A stretch of 64,000 nucleotides of DNA from assembly GCA_034667725.1 (NCBI GenBank), contig JAXDQS010000003.1:512001-576000 (forward strand). The letters run 5' to 3'. This stretch comes from Thermoplasmata archaeon (lineage in GTDB: Archaea; Thermoplasmatota; E2; JACPAO01; JAHFTW01). This document shows positions 1 through 7,991 of the stretch, in pieces. The notes beneath the pieces were generated by a model. That model searched no databases. It had not been told where the DNA came from and saw nothing but the letters and a program-made list of their open reading frames with translations. Within the stretch, counting starts at the first letter, position 1, and each line of letters starts with the position of its first letter. A program made the position numbers and the translations under genes.

Positions 1-448
1 CGCCGATGAGCTCGGGCGGCTCGATGGCGATGGCGAGCGGCTTGAGCTTCGCCAGCATCCGCGCCTCCACCACCGAGTCGGCGCACAAGAGCACCGGCAG
101 CCCGGCCACCAGGCAGCGGGCCATCGTGTCGCGCGCCACCGTCGGGCCCACCTTGTGCTCGGCGTGGTTCAGGATCGTGCCCTTGGCGCCCGCCGCGCGC
201 GCCGCGTCGGGCCCGGCGAAGCCGGTGCCGACGCCGGGGCCGCGGTCGTCCACGTGCTGGGCCCAGACCTGGACGCGGCCGCGCCGGCCCCTGCCGACGC
301 GGGCCAGCTCCGGCATGGGGGGCGCGATGGCCATCTCGCAGCCGGCGGCCGTGGCCGCCTCCTGGGCGGCCCGGAGCAGCAGGTCGAGGCCGCGGCCGGT
401 GGCCTCGGGGTAGGCCTTGCAGTTGACGATGATGGGCGGGAGCGCCAC
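1..448 (-). CDS. tpiA: Triosephosphate isomerase, archaeal type (3' end outside window)
   Basis: Manual translation from GTG 448: IIVNCKAYPEATG...AQHVD...GTILNHAEH...AIEPPELIG, matching archaeal TIM motifs. Not in the ORF track. Confidence 0.93.
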   Translation of the reverse strand, partial: MALPPIIVNCKAYPEATGRGLDLLLRAAQEAATAAGCEMAIAPPMPELARVGRGRRGRVQVWAQHVDDRGPGVGTGFAGPDAARAAGAKGTILNHAEHKVGPTVARDTMARCLVAGLPVLLCADSVVEARMLAKLKPLAIAIEPPELIG

Positions 449-517
449 GGCGGGCCGATCGGCGTTGGGGCGAAAGCCTTGGCGACGCCTTTTTGCGGGG
501 GCCGGCGTCGCGCGGCC

Positions 518-1291
518 ATGGTCGCGCCGAACCTGGTGGGCTCCGTCGGGTTGCTGCTTGCAGGCATGGGGCTCCTGTTCCTGTACCTGCGGCGCTACGA
601 GGGCCACTTCGACCAGCCGCGGCTGTTCTTCGCGCTCCTCGTGGGCCTGTTCGCGGGCGCACTGCTGCGCTTCATGGAGCAGAAGCTGTTCGGCTTCGAG
701 GTGCCGCGCCTGCTGCAGCCCGAGGGCGACCTGGCCACCGCGACCCTGGTCTACTCCGCCGCCTACAGCACGGTGGGCTACGCAATGCTGGAAGGGGCCG
801 CCAAGACCGCGATCCTGGGCCTCAAGAAGTTCCGCACCCGCGCCGACGCCCCGTTCCATGGCGCCGCCATGGGCATCGGCTTCGGCGCCATGTGGGCCAG
901 CGCGGTCGCGACCACCTTCTTCATCTCCGACGGCAAGGACATGGTGCTCACCGGCCCCGCCGTGCTGTTCGACCTGTTCGTGCTGGCGCTCGCCTTCGCC
1001 ATGCTGCTCGCCAACGCCGCCTCGGGCGTCTGGGTCGGCCGCGGCGCCGCCCAAGGCTCCCTCTGGCGCGGCCTCATGCTCGGCACCCTCTGGCAGATCC
1101 CGGCGCTGGCGTGCTACTGGGCGTTCCTCAACATCGCGGGCGCCGTCGTCCTCAGCTCGCTTTTGGCCCTCGCCTACGGCATCCTGGCCGTCTACGTCGC
1201 GGACAAGCGCATCCTGCAGCCCGCCATCCCGCCCGAAGTGCGCGACCAGCTGCGCCGCCAGGAACGCCGCGAGCGCCGCAAGGCCACCTAG
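518..1291 (+). CDS. Multi-pass membrane protein, PrsW-like (degenerate)
   Basis: About 7 hydrophobic segments. LEGAAK and GAAMGIGFG resemble the PrsW EExxK and GxxxGxGF motifs. Confidence 0.6.
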   Translation: MVAPNLVGSVGLLLAGMGLLFLYLRRYEGHFDQPRLFFALLVGLFAGALLRFMEQKLFGFEVPRLLQPEGDLATATLVYSAAYSTVGYAMLEGAAKTAILGLKKFRTRADAPFHGAAMGIGFGAMWASAVATTFFISDGKDMVLTGPAVLFDLFVLALAFAMLLANAASGVWVGRGAAQGSLWRGLMLGTLWQIPALACYWAFLNIAGAVVLSSLLALAYGILAVYVADKRILQPAIPPEVRDQLRRQERRERRKAT

Positions 1292-1746
1292 ATGTCCACC
1301 ATCCGGTAGAAGCCCGCGCGCGGCTCCAACAGGACGTCCATCGCGAGCATCCGGACCAGCTCCGCCTCGGCCCGCTTGCGCTCCAGGCCCGCCTTCTCCA
1401 GCGCCTCCAGGAGGTCGTCGCGCGCCGCGACGCCGCACAGCCGGCTCAAGGCGAGCGCCACCAGCTCGGCGCGGCTCGACTTGTTGGCGATGCCGGCGCC
1501 CTGCGCGGCGGCCGCCTCGACCGGCGAGTCGTGGCGCGGCAGGCGCGGCCGCGTGAGCGCCTCCGGCACGGCGCCGCCGAGGGTCGCGACCACCGCCCGC
1601 GCCTCGGCCGCGGAGCCGCCGGACCAGCGCAGGCGCGCGGGCTCCAAGGCGACGGCGCGGCGGCAACGCGGGCAGGCCGCCTGGGCGTGCCGCAGCTCGA
1701 CCGCCCAGGCTTGGCCGCAGCCGCACTGCGCGACGCCGAACGTCAC
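1288..1746 (-). CDS. Archaeal Zn-ribbon plus winged-helix protein (DUF5817/DUF1922-like)
   Basis: N-terminal CGC...CPRC and a C-terminal helical region ending LLEPRAGFYR. Confidence 0.7.
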   Translation of the reverse strand: MTFGVAQCGCGQAWAVELRHAQAACPRCRRAVALEPARLRWSGGSAAEARAVVATLGGAVPEALTRPRLPRHDSPVEAAAAQGAGIANKSSRAELVALALSRLCGVAARDDLLEALEKAGLERKRAEAELVRMLAMDVLLEPRAGFYRMVDI

Positions 1747-1889
1747 CCCTCCACCACCACGCGCGCCGGGCCGGCGCCGGGGAGGCGGAAGGCCATGCGG
1801 TCCATGCAGGCGCCGCAGCGCACGAGGCCAGCCATGGCGTCCGCGTCAAAGAGGCCGCGACAATGGTTGCAAGCGATCCAGAGTCCCAT
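1743..1889 (-). CDS. 48-aa Zn-finger microprotein
   Basis: MGLWIACNHC...CGAC. Its stop overlaps the next start (GTGA). Confidence 0.6.
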   Translation of the reverse strand: MGLWIACNHCRGLFDADAMAGLVRCGACMDRMAFRLPGAGPARVVVEG

Positions 1890-1991
1890 CGCACGGCGGA
1901 TTCGCTGGGAGGGGATGGACGTTGCAGGGAGGCGGGTGAATCCTTGCGCGACCCCAAACGGCCATGAAGCGCCACCCGGTCGCCGCCCCCG

Positions 1992-3560
1992 ATGACCTGG
2001 GATGCCGTGGCCGACGTCCTCGCCGGCCGCAAGACGGGGCAGACGGTGCGCCTGCGCGGCTGGGTGCACCGCTCCCGCTCCGCCGGCAAGATGGCCTTCA
2101 TCGTGCTGCGGGACGGCTCCGGCGGCGTCGTGCAGTGCACCGTCAAGGGCGGTGCGGTGGAAGACAAGGACCTGGAGGCGGCGAAGTCCGCCGGCATCGA
2201 GTCCAGCGTGCAGCTGCTGGAAGGGACCGTGGTGGCCGACGAGCGCGCCCCCGGCGGCTTCGAGGTCAAGGCGACCCGGTTCGAGCTGCACCGCAAGGCC
2301 GAGGCGTTCCCGCTGCGCGGCGAGCAGGGCACCGAGTTCGAGCTGGACAACCGCCACCTCTGGCTCCGGAGCACCGAGCTTTCTGCGATCCTGCGGGTCA
2401 AGGGCCGGCTCTACAAGGCCATCCGCGACTTCTACGCGGCGGAGGGGTTCGTGGAAGTGGATCCAAGTGTGATCACCACCAACGCCTGCGAGGGCGGCTC
2501 CACCCTGTTCACCTTCGACTACTTCGGCCAGACGGCCTACCTGTCCCAGTCGGCGCAGATGTACCTGGAGGGCTGCATCTTCGGCATCCCCAAGGTGTTC
2601 AGCATCACGCCCAGTTTCCGCGCCGAGAAAAGCCGGACCAACAAGCACCTCACCGAGTTCCATCATCTGGAAGCGGAGTACGCCTGGTGGGACGCCGAGG
2701 ACAACCGCGTGTTCCAGGAGCGCATGGTGACGCATTTGGCGCACACGGTGGCGAAGGAGTGCGAGGCCGACCTTCGGTTGCTGGGGCAGGACCCCGCCAA
2801 GCTGCTGCGGATCGGGACGTATGAGCCGGGCAAGTCCCTGGCCGACGAGCCGGGCAAGCGGTTCCCGCGCGTGGACTACGCGGCGGCGGTCGAGGAGCTG
2901 CAACGGCAAGGGTTCCACCTTCCTTATGGCGAGGATTTCGGCGTCCCGCACGAGAAGGCCCTGACGGAAGGGAGGGTGAACCCGATGTTCATCTGCGATT
3001 GGCCCGCGCGGATCAAGGCGTTCTACATGGCCGAGAAGCAGGGCACCGACCGCGTGCTGTGCAGCGACATGCTCGGCCCCGATGGGTATGGCGAGATCAT
3101 TGGCGGGAGCCAGAGGAGCGAGGACATCGAGAGCATGAAGCGCCGCCTGTCCGCGCAACTCCTGGCCGAAGCCGCCGAGAAGGCCGAGGAGCAGCACAAG
3201 AAGCTCGACTTCGGCATCCTCGACGGCACCCGCACGGTCGGCACGCCCGCGGAAGCGGAGGCGTTCTTCCAGGCCGTGTGCGAGCTCACCGGCACCAAGT
3301 TCACCGACGTCACGGTGGAGGCCATGGCCGGGTCCCGCGACCGCTCCACCCCGCGCGCGGCCCAGGACGCCTGGACCGACGCCTACTGGAAGGCCAGCCT
3401 GGCCCCCTACCAGTGGTACTTCGACCTCCGCCGCTACGGCTCCGTCCCCCACTCCGGCTTCGGCCTCGGCATCGAGCGCCTCCTTCGCTGGTTCACCGGC
3501 CAGGAGCACATCCGCGACATGCTGCCGTATCCGCGGACGCCGTCGAGGGCGTACCCATGA
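1992..3560 (+). CDS. asnS: Asparagine--tRNA ligase with large C-terminal insertion
   Basis: OB fold (LRGWVH, FIVLRDG), YLSQSAQMY, FRAEKSRT..HLTEF, GEIIGGSQR, YGSVPHSGFGLGIER. Confidence 0.95.
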   Translation: MTWDAVADVLAGRKTGQTVRLRGWVHRSRSAGKMAFIVLRDGSGGVVQCTVKGGAVEDKDLEAAKSAGIESSVQLLEGTVVADERAPGGFEVKATRFELHRKAEAFPLRGEQGTEFELDNRHLWLRSTELSAILRVKGRLYKAIRDFYAAEGFVEVDPSVITTNACEGGSTLFTFDYFGQTAYLSQSAQMYLEGCIFGIPKVFSITPSFRAEKSRTNKHLTEFHHLEAEYAWWDAEDNRVFQERMVTHLAHTVAKECEADLRLLGQDPAKLLRIGTYEPGKSLADEPGKRFPRVDYAAAVEELQRQGFHLPYGEDFGVPHEKALTEGRVNPMFICDWPARIKAFYMAEKQGTDRVLCSDMLGPDGYGEIIGGSQRSEDIESMKRRLSAQLLAEAAEKAEEQHKKLDFGILDGTRTVGTPAEAEAFFQAVCELTGTKFTDVTVEAMAGSRDRSTPRAAQDAWTDAYWKASLAPYQWYFDLRRYGSVPHSGFGLGIERLLRWFTGQEHIRDMLPYPRTPSRAYP

Positions 3561-3691
3561 GCGTGGCTTTGGTCGGGGGGCCGAGCGAAGCGAGCGCCCC
3601 CCTTGACGCGGGGGAGTCCCTCGGGGGCGGAGCCCCCAGGCGGGGCATGCTGCCCTACCCGCGCACGCCGTCGAGGGCCTACCCTTGAGCG
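3518..3691 (+). repeat. Direct repeat of the asnS 3' end (3518-3563 and 3646-3691) flanking a hairpin insert
   Basis: Both copies encode MLPYPRTPSRAYP*. There are 5 differences, all at third codon positions. Confidence 0.93.
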
Positions 3692-3700
3692 CTCCGGACA

Positions 3701-3761
3701 ACCACGGACCGCACGGATTCCACGGACCTAGGGTCTCCGTGCGATCCGTGAAATCCGTGGT
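3701..3761. repeat. 9-bp-periodic CACGGA x3 / TCCGTG x3 palindromic element, copy 1
   Basis: accacggaccgcacggattccacgga-cctagggtc-tccgtgcgatccgtgaaatccgtggt. Confidence 0.92.
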
Positions 3762-3781
3762 CCCAGGCGGAGGCGCGTAGC

Positions 3782-4168
3782 GTGCCGAAGCGCCGCGAGA
3801 TGCAGAAGGCCCGCGCCGGCATGTCGGTCAGCGAGGAGACCGTCGCCCTCTACGGCGCCGCCCGCGCCTTCCTCATCGGCGAATGGATCGGGGCCCTGCT
3901 GATGCTCTCCTCGTTCACGCTGCTCTACCTGCTCTACGCCGCCACCGCCTGGTCGCCGAAAAGCATCCTCATCGCCACCTTGGGCCTCATGGGCGTCGGC
4001 ACCGTCGCCTACCTGCGCAGCCGGGCCTACTACCAGCGTATCGCGTTCCCCTACGCCCCCCGCGCCCACCTCGGCGCCCTGCTGGTGGCCGGCTCGGCCG
4101 TCGTGTTCTGGCTGCTGTTCGCGCTGCTGGAAATCCTGGTGGGGCTCGGCGTCGAGGTCGGCGGTTAG
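3782..4168 (+). CDS. Small membrane protein, unknown function
   Basis: 128 aa, about 3 TM segments, host-like codon usage. Confidence 0.75.
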   Translation: MPKRREMQKARAGMSVSEETVALYGAARAFLIGEWIGALLMLSSFTLLYLLYAATAWSPKSILIATLGLMGVGTVAYLRSRAYYQRIAFPYAPRAHLGALLVAGSAVVFWLLFALLEILVGLGVEVGG

Positions 4169-4187
4169 GGTTTTGCCCTAACCCTGA

Positions 4188-5108
4188 GTGCCCGCCCCCG
4201 TGCCCGCCACGGCCTCCCCTCAAGTCGTGACCTCGACCGACCTCCCCTTCAAGGTGTTCCGCAAGGGCAAGGTGCGCGACGTCTACGACCTCGGCGACCG
4301 CCTCCTCATGGTCGCGACCGACCGCATCAGCGCCTTCGACGTGGTGCTGGAGCCCGGCATCCCCCTCAAGGGCGCCTGCCTGACGCAGATCAGCAACTTC
4401 TGGTTCCACCAACTGCGCGACGAGGTCCCGAACCACCTCGTGGAGACCGACGTCGCCCGCTTCCCCAAGGAACTGCAGCCCTACGCCGCGATGCTCAAGG
4501 GCCGCGCCGTCCTGGTCGAGAAGCTCAAGCCGCTGCCGGTCGAGTGCATCGCCCGCGGCCACATCTCGGGCTCCGGCTGGAAGGAGTACAAGAAGTCCGG
4601 GACCGTGTGCGGCATCAAGCTCCCCCCCGGCCTCCAGGAGTCGCAACGCCTCCCCGAGACCATCTTCACGCCCAGCACCAAGGCGGACGAGGGCCACGAC
4701 GAGAACATCAGCTTCGCGGAGTGCGAGAAGATCGTCGGCAAGCAGACGGCCGCCTGGCTGCGCGACACCACCATCCGCATCTACGAGACGGCCCGCGCCC
4801 ACGCCGCCGAGCGCGGCATCATCATCGCCGACACCAAGTTCGAGTTCGGCACCCGCGCCGACGGCACCATCGTGCTCATGGACGAGATCCTCACCCCCGA
4901 CTCCAGCCGCTTCTGGCCGATGGAGTCGTTCAAGCCTGGCGGCAGCCCGCCCAGCTTCGACAAGCAGTTCCTGCGCGACTGGCTCGAGACCCAGCCCTGG
5001 GACAAGACGCCCCCCGGCCCCCGCCTGCCCCCGCAGGTCGTGGAGGGCACCGCCCAGCGCTACTACGAGGCGTACGAGAAGCTCACGGGCAAGCCGTTCC
5101 GGGTCTAG
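4188..5108 (+). CDS. purC: SAICAR synthetase
   Basis: GKVRDVY, ATDRISAFD, ADTKFEFG, DEILTPDSSRFW, SFDKQFLRDWL. Confidence 0.97.
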   Translation: MPAPVPATASPQVVTSTDLPFKVFRKGKVRDVYDLGDRLLMVATDRISAFDVVLEPGIPLKGACLTQISNFWFHQLRDEVPNHLVETDVARFPKELQPYAAMLKGRAVLVEKLKPLPVECIARGHISGSGWKEYKKSGTVCGIKLPPGLQESQRLPETIFTPSTKADEGHDENISFAECEKIVGKQTAAWLRDTTIRIYETARAHAAERGIIIADTKFEFGTRADGTIVLMDEILTPDSSRFWPMESFKPGGSPPSFDKQFLRDWLETQPWDKTPPGPRLPPQVVEGTAQRYYEAYEKLTGKPFRV

Positions 5109-5161
5109 GGTTCAAGCCGCTCTTCAACGTGCTTATAACGGCCCCAAGAATCGAAACCACG

Positions 5162-5509
5162 ATGCGCATCCCGGTCGCCGACCGCCTCCTCGCGGTCGTG
5201 GGCTACCTTCCGTTCCTGTTCTGGGTTCCGGTGGTCCTGAAGCGCGACTCGATGTTCTGCCAGTTCCACGGCCGGCAGGGCGGCGTCCTGTGGGCGCTCT
5301 GGTTCGTCCCGGTCTTCCTCATGCTGGTGGTGTCGGTCTTCGTGCCCGACCTCACCGTCGGCTCGGTGGGCCCGTTCTACTTCGGCGCCATGATGGTACT
5401 CACGGGCATCTACCTCCTGCTGGTGCTGGTCGGCGTCCTCAAGGCGCTGCTGCGCGAGCGGTACAGGATGCCGATCGTGGCGGACCTTGCGTTGAAGATG
5501 GGCTTGTAG
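5162..5509 (+). CDS. DUF4870-like small membrane protein
   Basis: GYLPFLFWVP...FHGRQG, 3 TM segments, C-terminal YRMPIVADLA. Confidence 0.78.
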   Translation: MRIPVADRLLAVVGYLPFLFWVPVVLKRDSMFCQFHGRQGGVLWALWFVPVFLMLVVSVFVPDLTVGSVGPFYFGAMMVLTGIYLLLVLVGVLKALLRERYRMPIVADLALKMGL

Positions 5510-5741
5510 CCGCGTGATGGAGGGCCGCAGCGCAGCGGAGGCCCCCTCCCTAGCAACATGCCGGCTGGGTTCGCAGCCGACAGGATGCCCATCGTGGCGG
5601 ACCTTGCGTTGAAGATGGGCTTGTAGCCGCGTGATGGAGGGCCGCAGCGCAGCGGAGGCCCTCCCTGGCAACATGCCGGCTGGGTTCGCAGCCGACAGGA
5701 TGCCGATCGTGGCCGACCTCGCCCTGAAGATGGGCCTGGAG
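5463..5741 (+). repeat. Tandem array of the DUF4870-like gene 3' end plus hairpin insert (117-bp and 115-bp units and a third tail copy)
   Basis: Units start at 5463, 5580 and 5695. Each tail encodes RMPIVADLALKMGL. The 27-bp motif is at 5553-5579 and 5668-5694. Confidence 0.95.
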
Positions 5742-5797
5742 CCCGTCTGGCGGCTTTGGCAAACCTTATGGAAGCGCCCTAGGCATCGTCGTCGTCC

Positions 5798-6871
5798 ATG
5801 AAGGCCGTCCCCGTGCTGCTCCTGCTGCTGGCCACGACCTTCAGCGGCTGCCTCGGCGGCGAGGCGCGCACCGAGTGGGCCTTCGAGGTCACCCAGCTTG
5901 CCACCTTGGCCGACCAGGGCCGCAGCGGCAAGGGCGTGGTGGTGGCCATCCTCGACACCGGCATCAACCGCGAGCACGCCGCGCTGGAGCACCTGTTCGA
6001 CGGCGACCTGGAGAACGGCGAGGTCACCCACTTCCAGGACTTCCTGGGCACCGACCAAGGCCCCGCCAAAGCGTTCGACCGGGACGGCCACGGTTCGCAC
6101 GTGGCGGGCGTCCTGGCCGCCTCCGGCAGCACCCTCGGCGACAAGCTGGTCTACGGCGGCGTCGACCTGCGCGGCGGCGCCCCCGGCATCCGGCTCATGG
6201 TCGCGCGGGTGTGCGGCGAGGCCGCCTGCGACGGCAACGCCATCGTGCGCGCCGTCGACTGGGCCGCCGCCAACGGCGCCCAGGTCCTGTCGTTGAGCCT
6301 GGGCCGCCAGGCCAGCAGCTCGGTCCTGCCCGTCCAGCTCCAGGACGCGATGGAGTCCGCCATCAACCGCGCCATCGACCGCGGCATCGTGGTGGTCGCC
6401 TCCGCCGGCAACGACGGCCCGGGCAACACCGACGTCGGCAGCCCCGCCAGCATCCCGCGCGTCATCGCGGTCGGTGCCATCCAGGAGGACGGCAGCGTGT
6501 GGGCGTCCTCCAGCCGGGGCGACGACGCCACCAACCCGTGCCGCACCATCCCCGTCGTGGGATCGCAGGGCCGCTGCAAGCCCAACCAGAAGCCCGAGCT
6601 GGTCGCCCCCGGCGTCGACATCCTGTCGTCCTGGACCGACGACTCCTACGCCCGCGCCTCCGGCACCAGCCAGGCCACGCCGTTCGTGACCGCCGCCGTC
6701 GCCCTCATGCTGGAAGGCCACGGCCGCCTCACCGACGCCGACGACGTGGCCCGCGTCAAGAAGGTCCTCGTCGACACCGCCCAGCCGGTCGCCGACCAGG
6801 CCATGCCGCACGACGAAGGGGCCGGCTACGGCCTCGTGCAGGCGCTCGCGGCGGTCAACGCCTACCGTTAG
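5798..6871 (+). CDS. Subtilisin-like S8 serine protease, lipoprotein
   Basis: Lipobox-like FSGC. Catalytic triad motifs ILDTGI, HGSHVAG, GTSQATP, plus SAGN. Confidence 0.93.
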   Translation: MKAVPVLLLLLATTFSGCLGGEARTEWAFEVTQLATLADQGRSGKGVVVAILDTGINREHAALEHLFDGDLENGEVTHFQDFLGTDQGPAKAFDRDGHGSHVAGVLAASGSTLGDKLVYGGVDLRGGAPGIRLMVARVCGEAACDGNAIVRAVDWAAANGAQVLSLSLGRQASSSVLPVQLQDAMESAINRAIDRGIVVVASAGNDGPGNTDVGSPASIPRVIAVGAIQEDGSVWASSSRGDDATNPCRTIPVVGSQGRCKPNQKPELVAPGVDILSSWTDDSYARASGTSQATPFVTAAVALMLEGHGRLTDADDVARVKKVLVDTAQPVADQAMPHDEGAGYGLVQALAAVNAYR

Positions 6872-7821
6872 CCGCCGTGCGGGCCTTGGGTCTCCAGCCA
6901 CCGCTCCGCGTCGATGGCCGCCTTGCAGCCCGAGCCGGCCGCCGTGATGGCCTGCTTGTAGCGGTGGTCGTAGACGTCGCCGGCCACGAACACGCCCTCC
7001 ACCGAAGTGTAGGTGTCGTACTGGCCCTCCTGCACGATGTAGCCGCCCTCATCGAGGCGCAGCTGGCCCCGGAACAGCCCCGTGTTGGGCACGTGGCCGA
7101 TGGCGCTGAAGTAGCCCTGCGTCGCCATCTCCTCGGCCTTGCCCGTCGCCAGGCTGCGGATGCGGACGCCCGTGACCGACTCGGTGCCCAAGAGCTCCTC
7201 GATGACGGTGTTCCACAGGATGCGAATCTTGGGGTGCTCCATGGCGCGGGCGGCCATGATCTTGGAGGCGCGGAACGAGTCGCGGCGGTGGATGATGGTG
7301 ACCTTGGTGGCGAACTTGGTCAAGAACAGCGCCTCCTCCATCGCCGAGTCGCCGCCGCCCACCACCACGACCTCCTTCTCCTTGAAGAAGAAGCCATCGC
7401 AGGTGGCGCACGCGGACACGCCCTTGCCGCGCAGCCGGGTCTCGGACGGGAGGCCCAGCCACTTCGCGGTGCTGCCGGTGGCCACGATGACGGCGCGCGC
7501 CTCGTGCGTCCCCGAGCTGCTCGTGACCTTGAAGGGGCGGTGCATGAAGTCGACGGCGGTGGCGTCCTCGTCGCGGAACTCCGCCCCGAAGCGGATCGCC
7601 TGCTTGCGCATCTGCTCCATCAGGTTGGGCCCGGTGACGGCGTGCTCGAAGCCCGGGAAGTTCTCCACGTCGGAGGTGATCATGAGCTGCCCGCCCGCCT
7701 CGAAGCCGGCCACCACCAGGGTCTTGAGGTTGGCGCGGGCCGCGTAGATGGCGGCGGTGCAGCCGGCGGGTCCGGAGCCGATGATGAGGATGTCCCAGGG
7801 CTTCTGCACGGTCGGCGCCAC
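6868..7821 (-). CDS. trxB: Thioredoxin reductase
   Basis: IIGSGPAG, CATCDG, VVGGGDSAMEEA, GVFVAGD. Start is GTG 7821 or 7809. Confidence 0.96.
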   Translation of the reverse strand: MAPTVQKPWDILIIGSGPAGCTAAIYAARANLKTLVVAGFEAGGQLMITSDVENFPGFEHAVTGPNLMEQMRKQAIRFGAEFRDEDATAVDFMHRPFKVTSSSGTHEARAVIVATGSTAKWLGLPSETRLRGKGVSACATCDGFFFKEKEVVVVGGGDSAMEEALFLTKFATKVTIIHRRDSFRASKIMAARAMEHPKIRILWNTVIEELLGTESVTGVRIRSLATGKAEEMATQGYFSAIGHVPNTGLFRGQLRLDEGGYIVQEGQYDTYTSVEGVFVAGDVYDHRYKQAITAAGSGCKAAIDAERWLETQGPHGG

Positions 7822-7869
7822 CGGAGGCGGCTTGATGGGCGTTGGGGTTGGTTTGGGCCTGGGGGCCAA

Positions 7870-7929
7870 ACCACGGATCGCACGGATTTCACGGAAACCT
7901 TCGTCCGTGGAATCCGTGCGATCCGTGGT
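7870..7929. repeat. 9-bp-periodic CACGGA/TCCGTG palindromic element, copy 2
   Basis: accacggatcgcacggatttcacgga-aaccttcg-tccgtggaatccgtgcgatccgtggt, between divergent trxB and metG. Confidence 0.92.
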
Positions 7930-7991
7930 CGGACCCGCTGGGCGCAGCCCACGCGGTGTCCTCAAGAACACGCCCCCGCCTCCCCGTCCGC

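Noticed and set aside
3150-3398. Intein in AsnRS
   Set aside because: Too short, and it lacks the terminal His-Asn followed by Cys/Ser/Thr and the block B motif.
3518-3691. Diversity-generating retroelement TR/VR pair
   Set aside because: Differences are not adenine-specific, are all synonymous, and there is no reverse transcriptase in the window.
5463-5741. CRISPR array
   Set aside because: Units are 115-117 bp, the would-be spacers are near-identical gene-tail copies, and there are no cas genes.
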